Positions 20,195 to 29,288 of a stretch of 64,000 nucleotides of DNA are shown here, in pieces. Position 1 is the first letter of the stretch. The number at the start of each line of letters is the position of its first letter. The DNA comes from Candidatus Omnitrophota bacterium. Lineage in GTDB: Bacteria; Omnitrophota; Gorgyraeia; Velamenicoccales; JABMQK01. Under the pieces are notes generated by a model, which was not told where the DNA came from, did not search any database, and was given only the letters and a program-made list of their open reading frames with translations. The stretch spans positions 1,176,928-1,240,927 of the forward strand of contig JAQTSV010000001.1 in assembly GCA_028711115.1 (NCBI GenBank). Reading direction: 5' to 3'. The position numbers and the translations under genes are program-made.

Positions 20195-21439
20195 TTAACC
20201 TTTGAATTTCTGAATTACGAGACTTGCGTTATGACCACCAAATCCCAAGGAATTGGACATTACCGCTGTAACTTTCATCTGGCGGGCAATATTAGGCACA
20301 TAGTCCAAATCACATTCAGGGTCTGGATGTTCAAGGTTAATTGTAGGAGGGACAATATTATCTCTAATCGCTAAAACACTAAAAACAAACTCCACCCCTC
20401 CGGCAGCTCCAATCAAATGGCCTGTCATAGATTTGGTAGAGCTTATAGCTACTTTCCTGGCGTGGGCGTTAAAGCTCATCTTTATTGCCTTGGTTTCAAT
20501 CTTATCATTTAATTGCGTAGAAGTACCGTGTGCATTAATATACTGGATATCTTCTGGCTTAAGATTTGCATCCTTCATGGCAAATTCCATCGCCTTTGCT
20601 GAAGATTCACCGCTGGGGTTAGGTGCTGTAATATGATATGCATCTCCTGTCATACCATAACCTACTATTTCAGCATATATCTTAGCGCCTCTTTTTTTGG
20701 CGTGTTCCAATTCTTCCAATATTACAATACCAGCGCCTTCTGCCATAATAAAACCATCCCTGTCTTTATCAAATGGACGTGAGGCCTTTTCCGGCTCATT
20801 ATTTCTACAAGACAATGCCTTCAAAGAACAAAATCCGCCAATGCCCATAGGGGTAATACAGCTTTCTGTGCCTCCGGCAATCATAGCATCAGCATAACCA
20901 TGCTGAATGATTCTGAACGCATCACCTATAGCATGGTTTCCTGTAGCGCAAGCTGTGGCTACACAGGAATTCGGACCTTTTGCCCCAAAGACTATGGAGA
21001 TATTACCCGCTGCCTCATTTACAATCAACATCGGTATCATAAAAGGAGAAATTCTGGAAGGCCCTTTGCTCTCATAATTCCTGCATTGTTCCTGCATCAT
21101 ATGAAGGCTGCCTACGCCAGAACCAACCAATACGCCTACACGATAAGGATCTTCTTTGGAAATATTGATACCGGAATCCTCTACCGCCTGTTTTGTTGCT
21201 GCTACACCAAATTGCACAAACCTCTCCATCCTCTTGGATTCTTTTAAGGTAAAGTATTTTAAAGGATCAAAATCCTTAACTTCACCGGCAATCTGGGAAT
21301 CGAATTTAGAAGCATCAAAAGCAGTAATTTTGGAAACCCCGCTTTTGCCTTTTAACAAAGCATCCCACATAGTGGCGATATTATTTCCTAAAGGAGAAAT
21401 TATACCCAAACCCGTTATGACTACTCTTCTTTTTTCCAT
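20195..21439 (-). CDS. fabF: beta-ketoacyl-ACP synthase II
   Basis: Has the active-site Cys in ATACATG, plus NAHGTST and GHLIGAAG. The ATG at 21439 (MEKRRVVITGLG) is preferred over the upstream TTG at 21466. Confidence 0.9.
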   Translation of the reverse strand: MEKRRVVITGLGIISPLGNNIATMWDALLKGKSGVSKITAFDASKFDSQIAGEVKDFDPLKYFTLKESKRMERFVQFGVAATKQAVEDSGINISKEDPYRVGVLVGSGVGSLHMMQEQCRNYESKGPSRISPFMIPMLIVNEAAGNISIVFGAKGPNSCVATACATGNHAIGDAFRIIQHGYADAMIAGGTESCITPMGIGGFCSLKALSCRNNEPEKASRPFDKDRDGFIMAEGAGIVILEELEHAKKRGAKIYAEIVGYGMTGDAYHITAPNPSGESSAKAMEFAMKDANLKPEDIQYINAHGTSTQLNDKIETKAIKMSFNAHARKVAISSTKSMTGHLIGAAGGVEFVFSVLAIRDNIVPPTINLEHPDPECDLDYVPNIARQMKVTAVMSNSLGFGGHNASLVIQKFKG

Positions 21440-21512
21440 ATTATGATATAAATAGAAACCCCCCAAATTAGTTAATTGGAGGGTAGACTTTTAAAACTCT
21501 GAATCTATACTA

Positions 21513-21755
21513 TTATTTGCTAGTGGATTTTTCTTCAATATATTTAATCGCATCCCCTACTGTTGCCATCTTTTCTGCATCTTCATCAGGAATTTCAATG
21601 CCAAACTCCTCTTCCAACGCCATAACCAATTCCACTGTGTCCAGAGAATCAGCGCCTAAATCCTCAATAAAAGAAGCCTGTGGCGTAACCTCTTCTGGCT
21701 TTACTCCCAGCTGTTCTGCAATTATGGACTTAATTTTTTCTGGTACATCTGCCAT
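21513..21755 (-). CDS. acpP: acyl carrier protein
   Basis: 80 aa. Has the [19 protein letters not shown] phosphopantetheine-Ser motif. Confidence 0.95.
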   Translation of the reverse strand: MADVPEKIKSIIAEQLGVKPEEVTPQASFIEDLGADSLDTVELVMALEEEFGIEIPDEDAEKMATVGDAIKYIEEKSTSK

Positions 21756-21852
21756 TTGTCTACCTCCTGCTTTGTACCTGCTTATGCACTAGCTTGCGAG
21801 TGCAAATTCAATACTTCAAATTTTTATTATCTCTTCTGCCTATTTACCGTAA

Positions 21853-22593
21853 CTACATGGTCATACCGCCATCAACCACCACTACTTGCCCTGTGATATA
21901 ATCGGATTCAGGGCTTACTAAGAAAAGACAAACATTTGCCACATCCTGCGGTCCGCCAAACTTACCCATGGGAATATTTTCCAGCATCTGTTTTCTGTAA
22001 TCCTCTGGCAGTTTATCGGTCATGGGCGTCTGGATAAAACCCGGGGCAACTGCATTTACGTTGATATTGCGCGAGGCCAGTTCCTTTGCCACTGATTTAG
22101 TCAGGGCTATTAAACCACCCTTGGAAGCAGCATAATTTGCCTGGCCGGCGTTGCCAATCATGCCGATTATGGAAGCGAGATTAACAATCCTGCCATACCG
22201 CTTCTTTAACATGTGGCGCGATACAACCTTTATACAGTTAAATGCGCCTTTCAAATTGACAGAGAGCACTTTATCCCACTCATCTTCTGACATCCTCAAG
22301 ATTAAATTATCTTTTGTAATGCCAGCATTGTTTACTAATATATCAATCTTGGAGAATTTGTCAAGTATTAAATTCACCATCTCTTCAATCTGGCCAGAAT
22401 TCGTCACGTCCACTTTGAAACTAAGGCTCCGACGGCCTAAAGCCTCAATTTCCTTCTGGGTATTCTGCGCTGATTCTAAATCCACGTCGCAGACCACCAC
22501 ATCGCTGCCTTCACGGGCAAAGGCAAGCGCAATCTCTCTGCCTATGCCCCTTGCCGCGCCTGTGATTAAACTGACTCTATCTTTTAGTTTCAT
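21853..22593 (-). CDS. fabG: 3-oxoacyl-ACP reductase
   Basis: 246 aa. SDR family with TGAARGIG, NNAG and YAASKGG. Confidence 0.9.
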   Translation of the reverse strand: MKLKDRVSLITGAARGIGREIALAFAREGSDVVVCDVDLESAQNTQKEIEALGRRSLSFKVDVTNSGQIEEMVNLILDKFSKIDILVNNAGITKDNLILRMSEDEWDKVLSVNLKGAFNCIKVVSRHMLKKRYGRIVNLASIIGMIGNAGQANYAASKGGLIALTKSVAKELASRNINVNAVAPGFIQTPMTDKLPEDYRKQMLENIPMGKFGGPQDVANVCLFLVSPESDYITGQVVVVDGGMTM

Positions 22594-22612
22594 TGATATA
22601 TTCCTCCGTCTT

Positions 22613-23548
22613 TTAATTACTTGGGATAAAAGACTTTATCTGTTCTAAATTGCCCAAACTTACGGTCTTAAAATCAGGGTTTATTCTGCGGTTTAATCCT
22701 TTTAGTACATTGCCCGGCCCAATCTCCAAGAAACAATCAACTCTTTCAGCTGCCATAAACCTGATCGAATCTTCCCAATATGTAGAGGAACTTACCTGCT
22801 TTATCAGATTATCCGTTATCTTCTGCGGATCAACCTCGCTTTTAGCTGTGACATTACTTATAACGGGAATTTTGGGAGTTTTAAATTTCAACTTACAGAT
22901 TTCTGCGGATAATTTTAACTCTGCCTCTTTCATTAAAGAAGAATGGAAAGCACCGCTTACATCTAATAAAACAGCGTGCTTTGCCCCTTTATTCTTGGCT
23001 AATTCCATGGCCTTTTCTATCTGGGAAATCTTTCCGGAAACCACTGTCTGGCCAGGGCAATTCAAATTGGCAATCTCGCAACCTGTATCATTACAAATTT
23101 CCTTTACAACACTTCTATCCAAACCAATTACGGAAAGCATCTTCCCGGGATTATTTTTAGCTGCCTCTTCCATAAACTGACCGCGTTTTCTCACCAAATA
23201 AACTGCTTCCTCAAATGACAAGACATTAGCTGCTACCAATGCTGAATATTCGCCCAAACTCAACCCGGCAACAAATCTCGGAGTCAAATCCATCTTGCAA
23301 GAGTCAATCTTGGCATATTCCTTTAATGATTCTAAGGCTGCGATACTTACAGTCAGTATCGCCGGCTGGGCATTCTCTGTAGAGGTTAATTTATCCTGCG
23401 GGCCATTGAAACAAAGCTGGGAAATACCAATCCCCAGCACTTTATCCGCTTTCTTAAATATCTCTTTTGCGCTGGAGAAATTCTCATAGAGATCCTTACC
23501 CATCCCTACAAACTGAGTTCCTTGACCAGGAAATATGTAAGCTAACAT
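22613..23548 (-). CDS. fabD: malonyl-CoA:ACP transacylase
   Basis: 311 aa. Has FPGQGTQ and the GLSLGEYSA nucleophile elbow. Confidence 0.9.
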   Translation of the reverse strand: MLAYIFPGQGTQFVGMGKDLYENFSSAKEIFKKADKVLGIGISQLCFNGPQDKLTSTENAQPAILTVSIAALESLKEYAKIDSCKMDLTPRFVAGLSLGEYSALVAANVLSFEEAVYLVRKRGQFMEEAAKNNPGKMLSVIGLDRSVVKEICNDTGCEIANLNCPGQTVVSGKISQIEKAMELAKNKGAKHAVLLDVSGAFHSSLMKEAELKLSAEICKLKFKTPKIPVISNVTAKSEVDPQKITDNLIKQVSSSTYWEDSIRFMAAERVDCFLEIGPGNVLKGLNRRINPDFKTVSLGNLEQIKSFIPSN

Positions 23549-23557
23549 TGGTGATTT

Positions 23558-24580
23558 TTAAGCAGGTGAGTTTTGTGCAGAGGTCACTTGTTGTGCGACT
23601 ATGTCAATAATCTGCTCATTTACTCTGTGTTCAACTTCTGTCTTGGCAGCCCTAATCGCATTCTTTATAGCTTTACTGGAAGAACGGCCGTGGCCGATAA
23701 TAACCACTCCGTTAACGCCTAAAAGCGGCGCTCCGCCGTATTCTGAATAATCCAAGTCTTTTTTGAATTTCTTTAAATTTCTAATCAGCAATAGTGTGCC
23801 GATCTTGCCTAATACGCCTCTAAGTATTGCTCTGCGCAGAAGCTCTTTAAGCATCTCTGCAACGCTCTCGGTAACTTTAAGGGCGACATTTCCCACATAA
23901 CCATCGCAGACAATTATATTGCAGTTTCCCGAGAATATCTCTTTTCCTTCCACATTGCCGATAAAATTCAATTTGCTCTGAGAAAGCAGGTGATGTGTCT
24001 CTTTTACAAATTCTGTCCCTTTTGTGGCCTCTTCGCCTACATTCAAAAGCCCTACAGTAGGCCTGTCTTTATGGTTCAAGACATATCGATAATATGCCTC
24101 TGCCATTATGGCATATTGTAAAAGATGCAAGGGCTTGGGATCGATATTCGCCCCCACATCTACCACAAGAGAAATGCCTTTTAAAGTAGGAAATAATATG
24201 GCGATGCCCGGACGTTCAATACCCGGCAGCAACCCTAAATATAACGTAGCTGCACAGACCGCTGCTCCGGTATTGCCAGCGCTGACAAATGCCTCGGCCT
24301 CTTTGGATTTGATTAAATTTATGCCTACGGAAATAGAGGAATTTTTCTTTTTTCTTACGCTGGCAGTCGGAGAATCATCCATATCTACAACTTCTTCTGT
24401 GTGGATGATTTTTACTTTGTCCCTGGGGAAATTCTTAATCTTTTTGATTTCCTCTTCAATCTTATAGGAATCACCCACAAGCAAAATATCCAGGCCGTAA
24501 TCCCTGACAGCTTCTGCAACTCCCTGGATAACCACCTTAGGAGCGTAATCACCGCCCATTGCATCAACAGCTATCTTCAT
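23558..24580 (-). CDS. plsX: phosphate acyltransferase
   Basis: 340 aa. Has the MKIAVDAMGGDYAP start typical of PlsX and sits between rpmF and fabD. Confidence 0.9.
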   Translation of the reverse strand: MKIAVDAMGGDYAPKVVIQGVAEAVRDYGLDILLVGDSYKIEEEIKKIKNFPRDKVKIIHTEEVVDMDDSPTASVRKKKNSSISVGINLIKSKEAEAFVSAGNTGAAVCAATLYLGLLPGIERPGIAILFPTLKGISLVVDVGANIDPKPLHLLQYAIMAEAYYRYVLNHKDRPTVGLLNVGEEATKGTEFVKETHHLLSQSKLNFIGNVEGKEIFSGNCNIIVCDGYVGNVALKVTESVAEMLKELLRRAILRGVLGKIGTLLLIRNLKKFKKDLDYSEYGGAPLLGVNGVVIIGHGRSSSKAIKNAIRAAKTEVEHRVNEQIIDIVAQQVTSAQNSPA

Positions 24581-24645
24581 TTATCTTTCTCCGATTTTAT
24601 TTTCGCAGAATACTTATTAATCTAAAAAATATCTAATACGGGAAA

Positions 24646-24873
24646 TTATTGATTTTCTTTTCCCTTCTTTTCCCTTCTTCTCTTTCTCTCATCAATGGTT
24701 TCTATCTTTATAACCTCTCTGCCGTTATAATAACCGCAGAACTGACAGATGTGATGAGGCAATTTGCTTTGTTTGCATTGAGGGCAAACAACAGTCTGAG
24801 TAGCATTTATTTTCCAGTGCGTGCGCCTTCTTCTTCCTCTTGTTATTGAATGTCTGCGTTTAGGTAAAGCCAT
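24646..24873 (-). CDS. rpmF: 50S ribosomal protein L32
   Basis: 75 aa. Has the MALPKRRHS start and a zinc-ribbon CPQC...CQFCG. Confidence 0.9.
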   Translation of the reverse strand: MALPKRRHSITRGRRRRTHWKINATQTVVCPQCKQSKLPHHICQFCGYYNGREVIKIETIDERKRRREKKGKENQ

Positions 24874-24887
24874 AATTTACTCCTTTA

Positions 24888-25240
24888 ATGAGCATATAAC
24901 TTACGAACACACAAGTGTGAGTAAGTTATATATGCGAATTAAACCCTTGACATTTTGCCTCAGGAAAAGACTCTATTAATCTTTTTATGGTTTCTTTCCT
25001 GGTTTTTCCATTCTTAAACTGCATCTCGCGCCTGAATGCCTGCGAACGCGAATTAAACTCTTCATAATAAACCAATTCGGGCTGCTTATTTCTCGTATAG
25101 TAAACATTGCCTCTTGTATGGTCTTTAACTCTCTCTATCAGATTATTGGTATGACCGTAGTATTTAGTATTGTCATTACACTGCAAGATATAAACATAAT
25201 AAATTTGATTCATAGCAAAATGTCAAGGGTCAAATTCAGA
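24888..25240 (-). mobile_element. GIY-YIG ORF enclosed by a 14-bp perfect inverted repeat inside a repeated intergenic element (possibly mobile or REP-like; speculative)
   Basis: CCCTTGACATTTTG (24944..24957) and its exact reverse complement CAAAATGTCAAGGG (25216..25229) bracket the ORF. The outer flanks (AAATTCAGAC side, and the hairpin plus CTCATTA side) align with the ORF-less copy at 10331..10445. Confidence 0.3.
24926..25213 (-). CDS. small GIY-YIG (URI-domain) nuclease family protein
   Basis: 95 aa. Shows the GIY-YIG core pattern YVYILQC...YYGHTNNLIERVKDH...Y...E. The last 10 codons are encoded by the inverted-repeat arm and the hairpin arm of the surrounding element. Confidence 0.75.
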   Translation of the reverse strand: MNQIYYVYILQCNDNTKYYGHTNNLIERVKDHTRGNVYYTRNKQPELVYYEEFNSRSQAFRREMQFKNGKTRKETIKRLIESFPEAKCQGFNSHI

Positions 25241-25300
25241 CAGCAATTTACGTTTCCGCCAAAATTATAGAGGGATCCGCCTATTTTTGTGGCGGACATT

Positions 25301-25732
25301 TCATTCCGTAAATTGCGTCTTCATTTGACAATTACATTTCTCTTTATTCAAATCTTTGCCGCACTTTGGGCATAAACCCCGGCAGTCGGGCTTACACAAA
25401 AATTTTATAGGATAATCAAGGATAATTTCTTCTCTTATGTTTTTTGTAACGTCGATAAATTGTCCGGCCTCAACCAAAGGATAATCTATGTTAAAATCTC
25501 TTTCTATTTTACTGACATATTCCTTAAGGCAGCGCGAACAAATAAATTCTGCCGTGGCTGTAAAATGCGTCTTGGTAAAGAGCATCTGTTTCTCTTTTGT
25601 CGCATCGGTAGAAAGACAAATATTGCCTTTATATTTTACTTCGCTGTTATCCAAATCAAATTCTGCGGGCGTTAAAGATTCCTGGAAATGCTCGGTCTTA
25701 TCTTCTTTCAGCCTCAACACATCTATCTTCAT
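25301..25732 (-). CDS. yceD: YceD/DUF177 family protein (large-subunit rRNA accumulation)
   Basis: 143 aa. Has the Cys clusters CSRCL and CKPDCRGLCPKCG, in the classic position upstream of rpmF. Confidence 0.8.
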   Translation of the reverse strand: MKIDVLRLKEDKTEHFQESLTPAEFDLDNSEVKYKGNICLSTDATKEKQMLFTKTHFTATAEFICSRCLKEYVSKIERDFNIDYPLVEAGQFIDVTKNIREEIILDYPIKFLCKPDCRGLCPKCGKDLNKEKCNCQMKTQFTE

Positions 25733-25741
25733 AAAGAGCTA

Positions 25742-26218
25742 TTACAATTTGGCCTTGATTGCCTTTTCTATAAATTTTGGAACAAAATTAGATATATCGG
25801 CGCCTAAATAAGCAGCTTCTTTCAGCAATTTAGATGAGATATAACAGTATGACTCCGACGGCATAAGGTATATGGTCTCCACATCAGGAGCTAATTTTCT
25901 GTTAGTCAGGGCCATTTGGAATTCGTATTCAAAATCAGAAATCATGCGCAGCCCTCTTATAATCACGCTTATCCTCTTTTTGTGCGCATAATCAATAACC
26001 AGGCCATCGAAACTTTCCACGGTGATGCGGTCAAAATCCTTGGTGGCCTGCTTAATCATCTTTACTCTTTCCTCTGTGGAAAAAAGCGGTTGTTTACTGG
26101 AATTATTGGCCACAGCCACAATCACTTCGTCAAAAATCTTCAATGCCCTCTTTATAATATCGATGTGGCCGTATGTTATAGGATCGAAACTGCCCGGATA
26201 TATAGCTTTTTGGCACAT
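25742..26218 (-). CDS. coaD: phosphopantetheine adenylyltransferase
   Basis: 158 aa. Has the YPGSFDPITYGHIDII nucleotidyltransferase motif. Confidence 0.92.
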   Translation of the reverse strand: MCQKAIYPGSFDPITYGHIDIIKRALKIFDEVIVAVANNSSKQPLFSTEERVKMIKQATKDFDRITVESFDGLVIDYAHKKRISVIIRGLRMISDFEYEFQMALTNRKLAPDVETIYLMPSESYCYISSKLLKEAAYLGADISNFVPKFIEKAIKAKL

Positions 26219-26262
26219 AGTTTAGTTATTGCGTTGTGGGTTATAGCGTTGCTTGCATTACG

Positions 26263-26841
26263 CTATAACGCAACGTCCTCCTTCTCGTAAAACGACAGTA
26301 CCGTATCTCCGTATCTCGTTTGTTTAAAACACTTTAGGTCAGAGAAAACCTCAGCAAGCAAATCTTTCTTGCTGTGCTCTACAACAACCAATGCATGAGG
26401 CGCTAATATATCATAAGCAACTAACTTTTGCAAGGACTTTTTTGCCAGTTCCTTATAGTATGGCGGGTCTAAAAAAACAATATCGAACTTCCTGTTTTCT
26501 TTGCTCAAAACCTCTATGGCCTTGAAGGCGTCTGTGGCTAAAATAGCTATGTTTTTACGCTGATCGCTTTCTTTTACCAATAATCCCAATTGCCTTAAGT
26601 TGTCTTCTATTATCTTGCAGCATCTTCTGTCGTTTTCTACAAAAATAACCTGTTTGGCTCCGTTGGACAAGGCATCAATGCCTACTGCGCCGCTTCCGGC
26701 AAACAACTCTAAAAAACAGGCATGGGAAATTACGCCTCTTAAAATATCGAATAAGCTCTTCCTTACTTTATCCTGCGTAGGACGGATGTGCCTGGGCTCT
26801 TTTATTACTCTTGACCTGAATAAACCGCCTGTAATACGCAT
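26263..26841 (-). CDS. rsmD: 16S rRNA (guanine966-N2)-methyltransferase
   Basis: 192 aa. Has RITGG...RPTQDKVRKSLFDIL, FAGSGAVGIDA and FLDPPY. Confidence 0.85.
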   Translation of the reverse strand: MRITGGLFRSRVIKEPRHIRPTQDKVRKSLFDILRGVISHACFLELFAGSGAVGIDALSNGAKQVIFVENDRRCCKIIEDNLRQLGLLVKESDQRKNIAILATDAFKAIEVLSKENRKFDIVFLDPPYYKELAKKSLQKLVAYDILAPHALVVVEHSKKDLLAEVFSDLKCFKQTRYGDTVLSFYEKEDVAL

Positions 26842-26937
26842 ATAGAATAAGTTTCTCTGAAAAATCTATTGAGCTATTGGTTTTGATTTGGTGAATGCGT
26901 TTAGAAAATCAAACGGCAAAAGGCAGGTTAACAATAA

Positions 26938-28626
26938 TTACATTCCCTTCTCAAACATTACCACTCTATTCTTGCCTTCTCTTTTTGCTTTATATAAAGC
27001 TGCGTCGGCACATCTTATCATTTCATCCGCAGAAGACACTGCCACAGCCGGAAAAGATACTGTCCCGATACTAATCGTTACCTTTAAGGGGCCGCTGTCT
27101 GTCATAAAATAATTTTCTTTTTCTACAAGTTTTCTTAGGTTTTCGGCAATCTTGGCAGTACCTTCGGCATTAGTGTTGGGCAGTAAAATGGCTATTTCTT
27201 CTCCGCCATAACGTGCAGGAAAGTCTGCGCGGCGCACATTATTCAAAATTATCTTGCCGATTTTGCTCAAAACAATATTGCCGTTCTGATGGCCATAGGT
27301 ATCATTAATCTTCTTGAAATTATCTATATCTATCATTAACATAGACAGAATTTCCTTATACCTCAAGCATTTTTGAAATTCGTGATTTAAGACTATCTTG
27401 AAATACCTGAAAATATACAGACCCGTCAGTTCATCAACGGTACTCAATTTCCTCAATTGCATATTTTCGATAACCACCGAAGCATATTTATAAAAATTAA
27501 CGGCAATATAGCTTATTATGCAAACTAAAATTAACTTAAATGGATTGTAAAAATAATAATGATTGAGAAAGGCCAGGAATGAGCTGAGCGTCGTGATTGT
27601 AGTCATAGCAATCGTAAATAATAGCCCTTTTAAAGCAGAGACACGAAAACATACCAGCGATATCAATAAGCAGAAAATAAAAATCGCCCACCAGCGAATC
27701 CACGCCGGCACCTCAAAGATAAAATTGCCGTCTAAAAACATTAAGGCAGTATTGGCCAATACGGCTGTGCCAGGCATAAGTCCCAAAGGCGTATCGTATG
27801 TATCATGGAAAATATCTGAAGTCAGACCAATCAAAACAATTTTGTCTTTGAACACCTGCGGGTCAAAATCATCTAAAAATACACGGTACATAGAAACCGC
27901 CGTAAATTCATTTAAATTGGTTTTGTAATTTATTAATATAGTATTATCTGCGTTCAAATAAAAATCTAATTTCTTAAACGCATCTTCCTTTTTTGTATTC
28001 AATTGATTTAAAAAGACATGCCGATTATTTAAGGCGATACCCGCGATATCGTAATTATGGTAACGACACCATAAACATACTTCTGTCGCATACTCCTTAA
28101 TCTTTCCCCCCAGATATAATCTAAAGGGATAGAACCTGCGGATACTGCTGTCGCTATCCAAAGGTTTGTTAATATATCCTACCTGACCTACAATATCAGT
28201 AAAATCTTTTTTTGACCTGATGTGGACATTTTTATCGCCTAAATGATAAGGCAGCAAGATATTGTCCTTGCCTTTCAATGCCTGTGTAAATAATTCATCT
28301 CCTTCTTTGTCTTCACCTTCACCACGAAAGACTATATCGAAAAGAATAAATTTAGGATTGCCTTTGCTAATCCGATTTAACAAATCTGCATAGACTGCCC
28401 GGGAGAATGGCCACTGCCTCTGCATCTTCCAGAAAGAAAGGTCATCCAGCATAACTATGACTATCTCATTTTTGTGGGTGGAAGGAAGATTAAAATGCCT
28501 CACGGCCTGGATAAAGCTATCGTATACTCTTAATTCTAATGTGGATAAAAAATTAGGGAAGATATAGAAAATTGATAAAAACGTTATGAAAATCAATAAT
28601 GCTATAAAAAGATGGTTTTTCTTCAT
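26938..28626 (-). CDS. CHASE2-type sensor diguanylate cyclase (GGDEF)
   Basis: 562 aa. An N-terminal TM is followed by a roughly 280-aa extracytoplasmic domain, three TMs and a GGDEF domain. The active site reads GGEEI, and an RxxD I-site (RRAD) lies 5 residues upstream. Confidence 0.8.
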   Translation of the reverse strand: MKKNHLFIALLIFITFLSIFYIFPNFLSTLELRVYDSFIQAVRHFNLPSTHKNEIVIVMLDDLSFWKMQRQWPFSRAVYADLLNRISKGNPKFILFDIVFRGEGEDKEGDELFTQALKGKDNILLPYHLGDKNVHIRSKKDFTDIVGQVGYINKPLDSDSSIRRFYPFRLYLGGKIKEYATEVCLWCRYHNYDIAGIALNNRHVFLNQLNTKKEDAFKKLDFYLNADNTILINYKTNLNEFTAVSMYRVFLDDFDPQVFKDKIVLIGLTSDIFHDTYDTPLGLMPGTAVLANTALMFLDGNFIFEVPAWIRWWAIFIFCLLISLVCFRVSALKGLLFTIAMTTITTLSSFLAFLNHYYFYNPFKLILVCIISYIAVNFYKYASVVIENMQLRKLSTVDELTGLYIFRYFKIVLNHEFQKCLRYKEILSMLMIDIDNFKKINDTYGHQNGNIVLSKIGKIILNNVRRADFPARYGGEEIAILLPNTNAEGTAKIAENLRKLVEKENYFMTDSGPLKVTISIGTVSFPAVAVSSADEMIRCADAALYKAKREGKNRVVMFEKGM

Positions 28627-28761
28627 TTTTATAAAGAGAATTTCTTGTAGGAAATTAAATTACAGATTTGATATAGTTTAAGCTGATTTACTTTTCCAGA
28701 CATTTTTAAGTATGGGGTGCGGCGTATTGGATATTGTAGCGAGCCCATTAAAACTAACGGA

Positions 28762-29238
28762 TTATTCCGGAGCTGCGGCACCTATGCCTAAACCGCTGCT
28801 GCTGTCGATAATCTCTCCGTTTTCATTCATCTCGAATCCTCTATTACCGGTAATTCCTTTCCTTTCCGGATCTGCCAGTAATAAAAATTGATTTTGTGTT
28901 TCCTCTCCGTCACCATATTTCATAATATAAACATAACCTTGGCGGACTTTTGAACTTTTTCCAGATGAGATGCTGCACCAACTATCGTCAAGATATGGCG
29001 CTGTTTTTTCACACAACTCCGAAAAGACTATAGGATATCTGGGGTTGACCGCCCTATAAGAGGCAAAAACTGCACTGAGGGTTCTTAGGCCTTTGATTGC
29101 TGTTGATTCGTTAGCCGTAATCCTTGCGCGCAATAAGTTAGGGATAGCCAGACTGGCAAGCAGGATGATTATGCCCACGACGATCATTATCTCTATAAGG
29201 GTAAATGCTTTTTGGGATTTGAGGGTGGATTTTCTCAT
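28762..29238 (-). CDS. prepilin-type (type IV pilin / pseudopilin G-like) protein, tandem paralog 1
   Basis: 158 aa. Has leader MRKSTLKSQKA followed by FTLIEIMIVVGIIILLASLAIPNLLRAR. The first 55 aa are almost identical to paralog 2. Confidence 0.85.
   Translation of the reverse strand: MRKSTLKSQKAFTLIEIMIVVGIIILLASLAIPNLLRARITANESTAIKGLRTLSAVFASYRAVNPRYPIVFSELCEKTAPYLDDSWCSISSGKSSKVRQGYVYIMKYGDGEETQNQFLLLADPERKGITGNRGFEMNENGEIIDSSSGLGIGAAAPE
28975..29238 (-). repeat. conserved 5' module of tandem pilin paralog 1
   Basis: About 264 nt, nearly identical to 29505..29768, with long exact runs such as GCTGAGGGTTCTTAGGCCTTTGATTGCTGTTGATTCGTTAGCCGTAATCCTTGCGCGCAATAAGTTAGGGATAGCCA. Confidence 0.85.
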
Positions 29239-29288
29239 ATCGACCTCTTTGGTTATATTTTGCCTAAATTAAAGGCGGAACTTGATTA

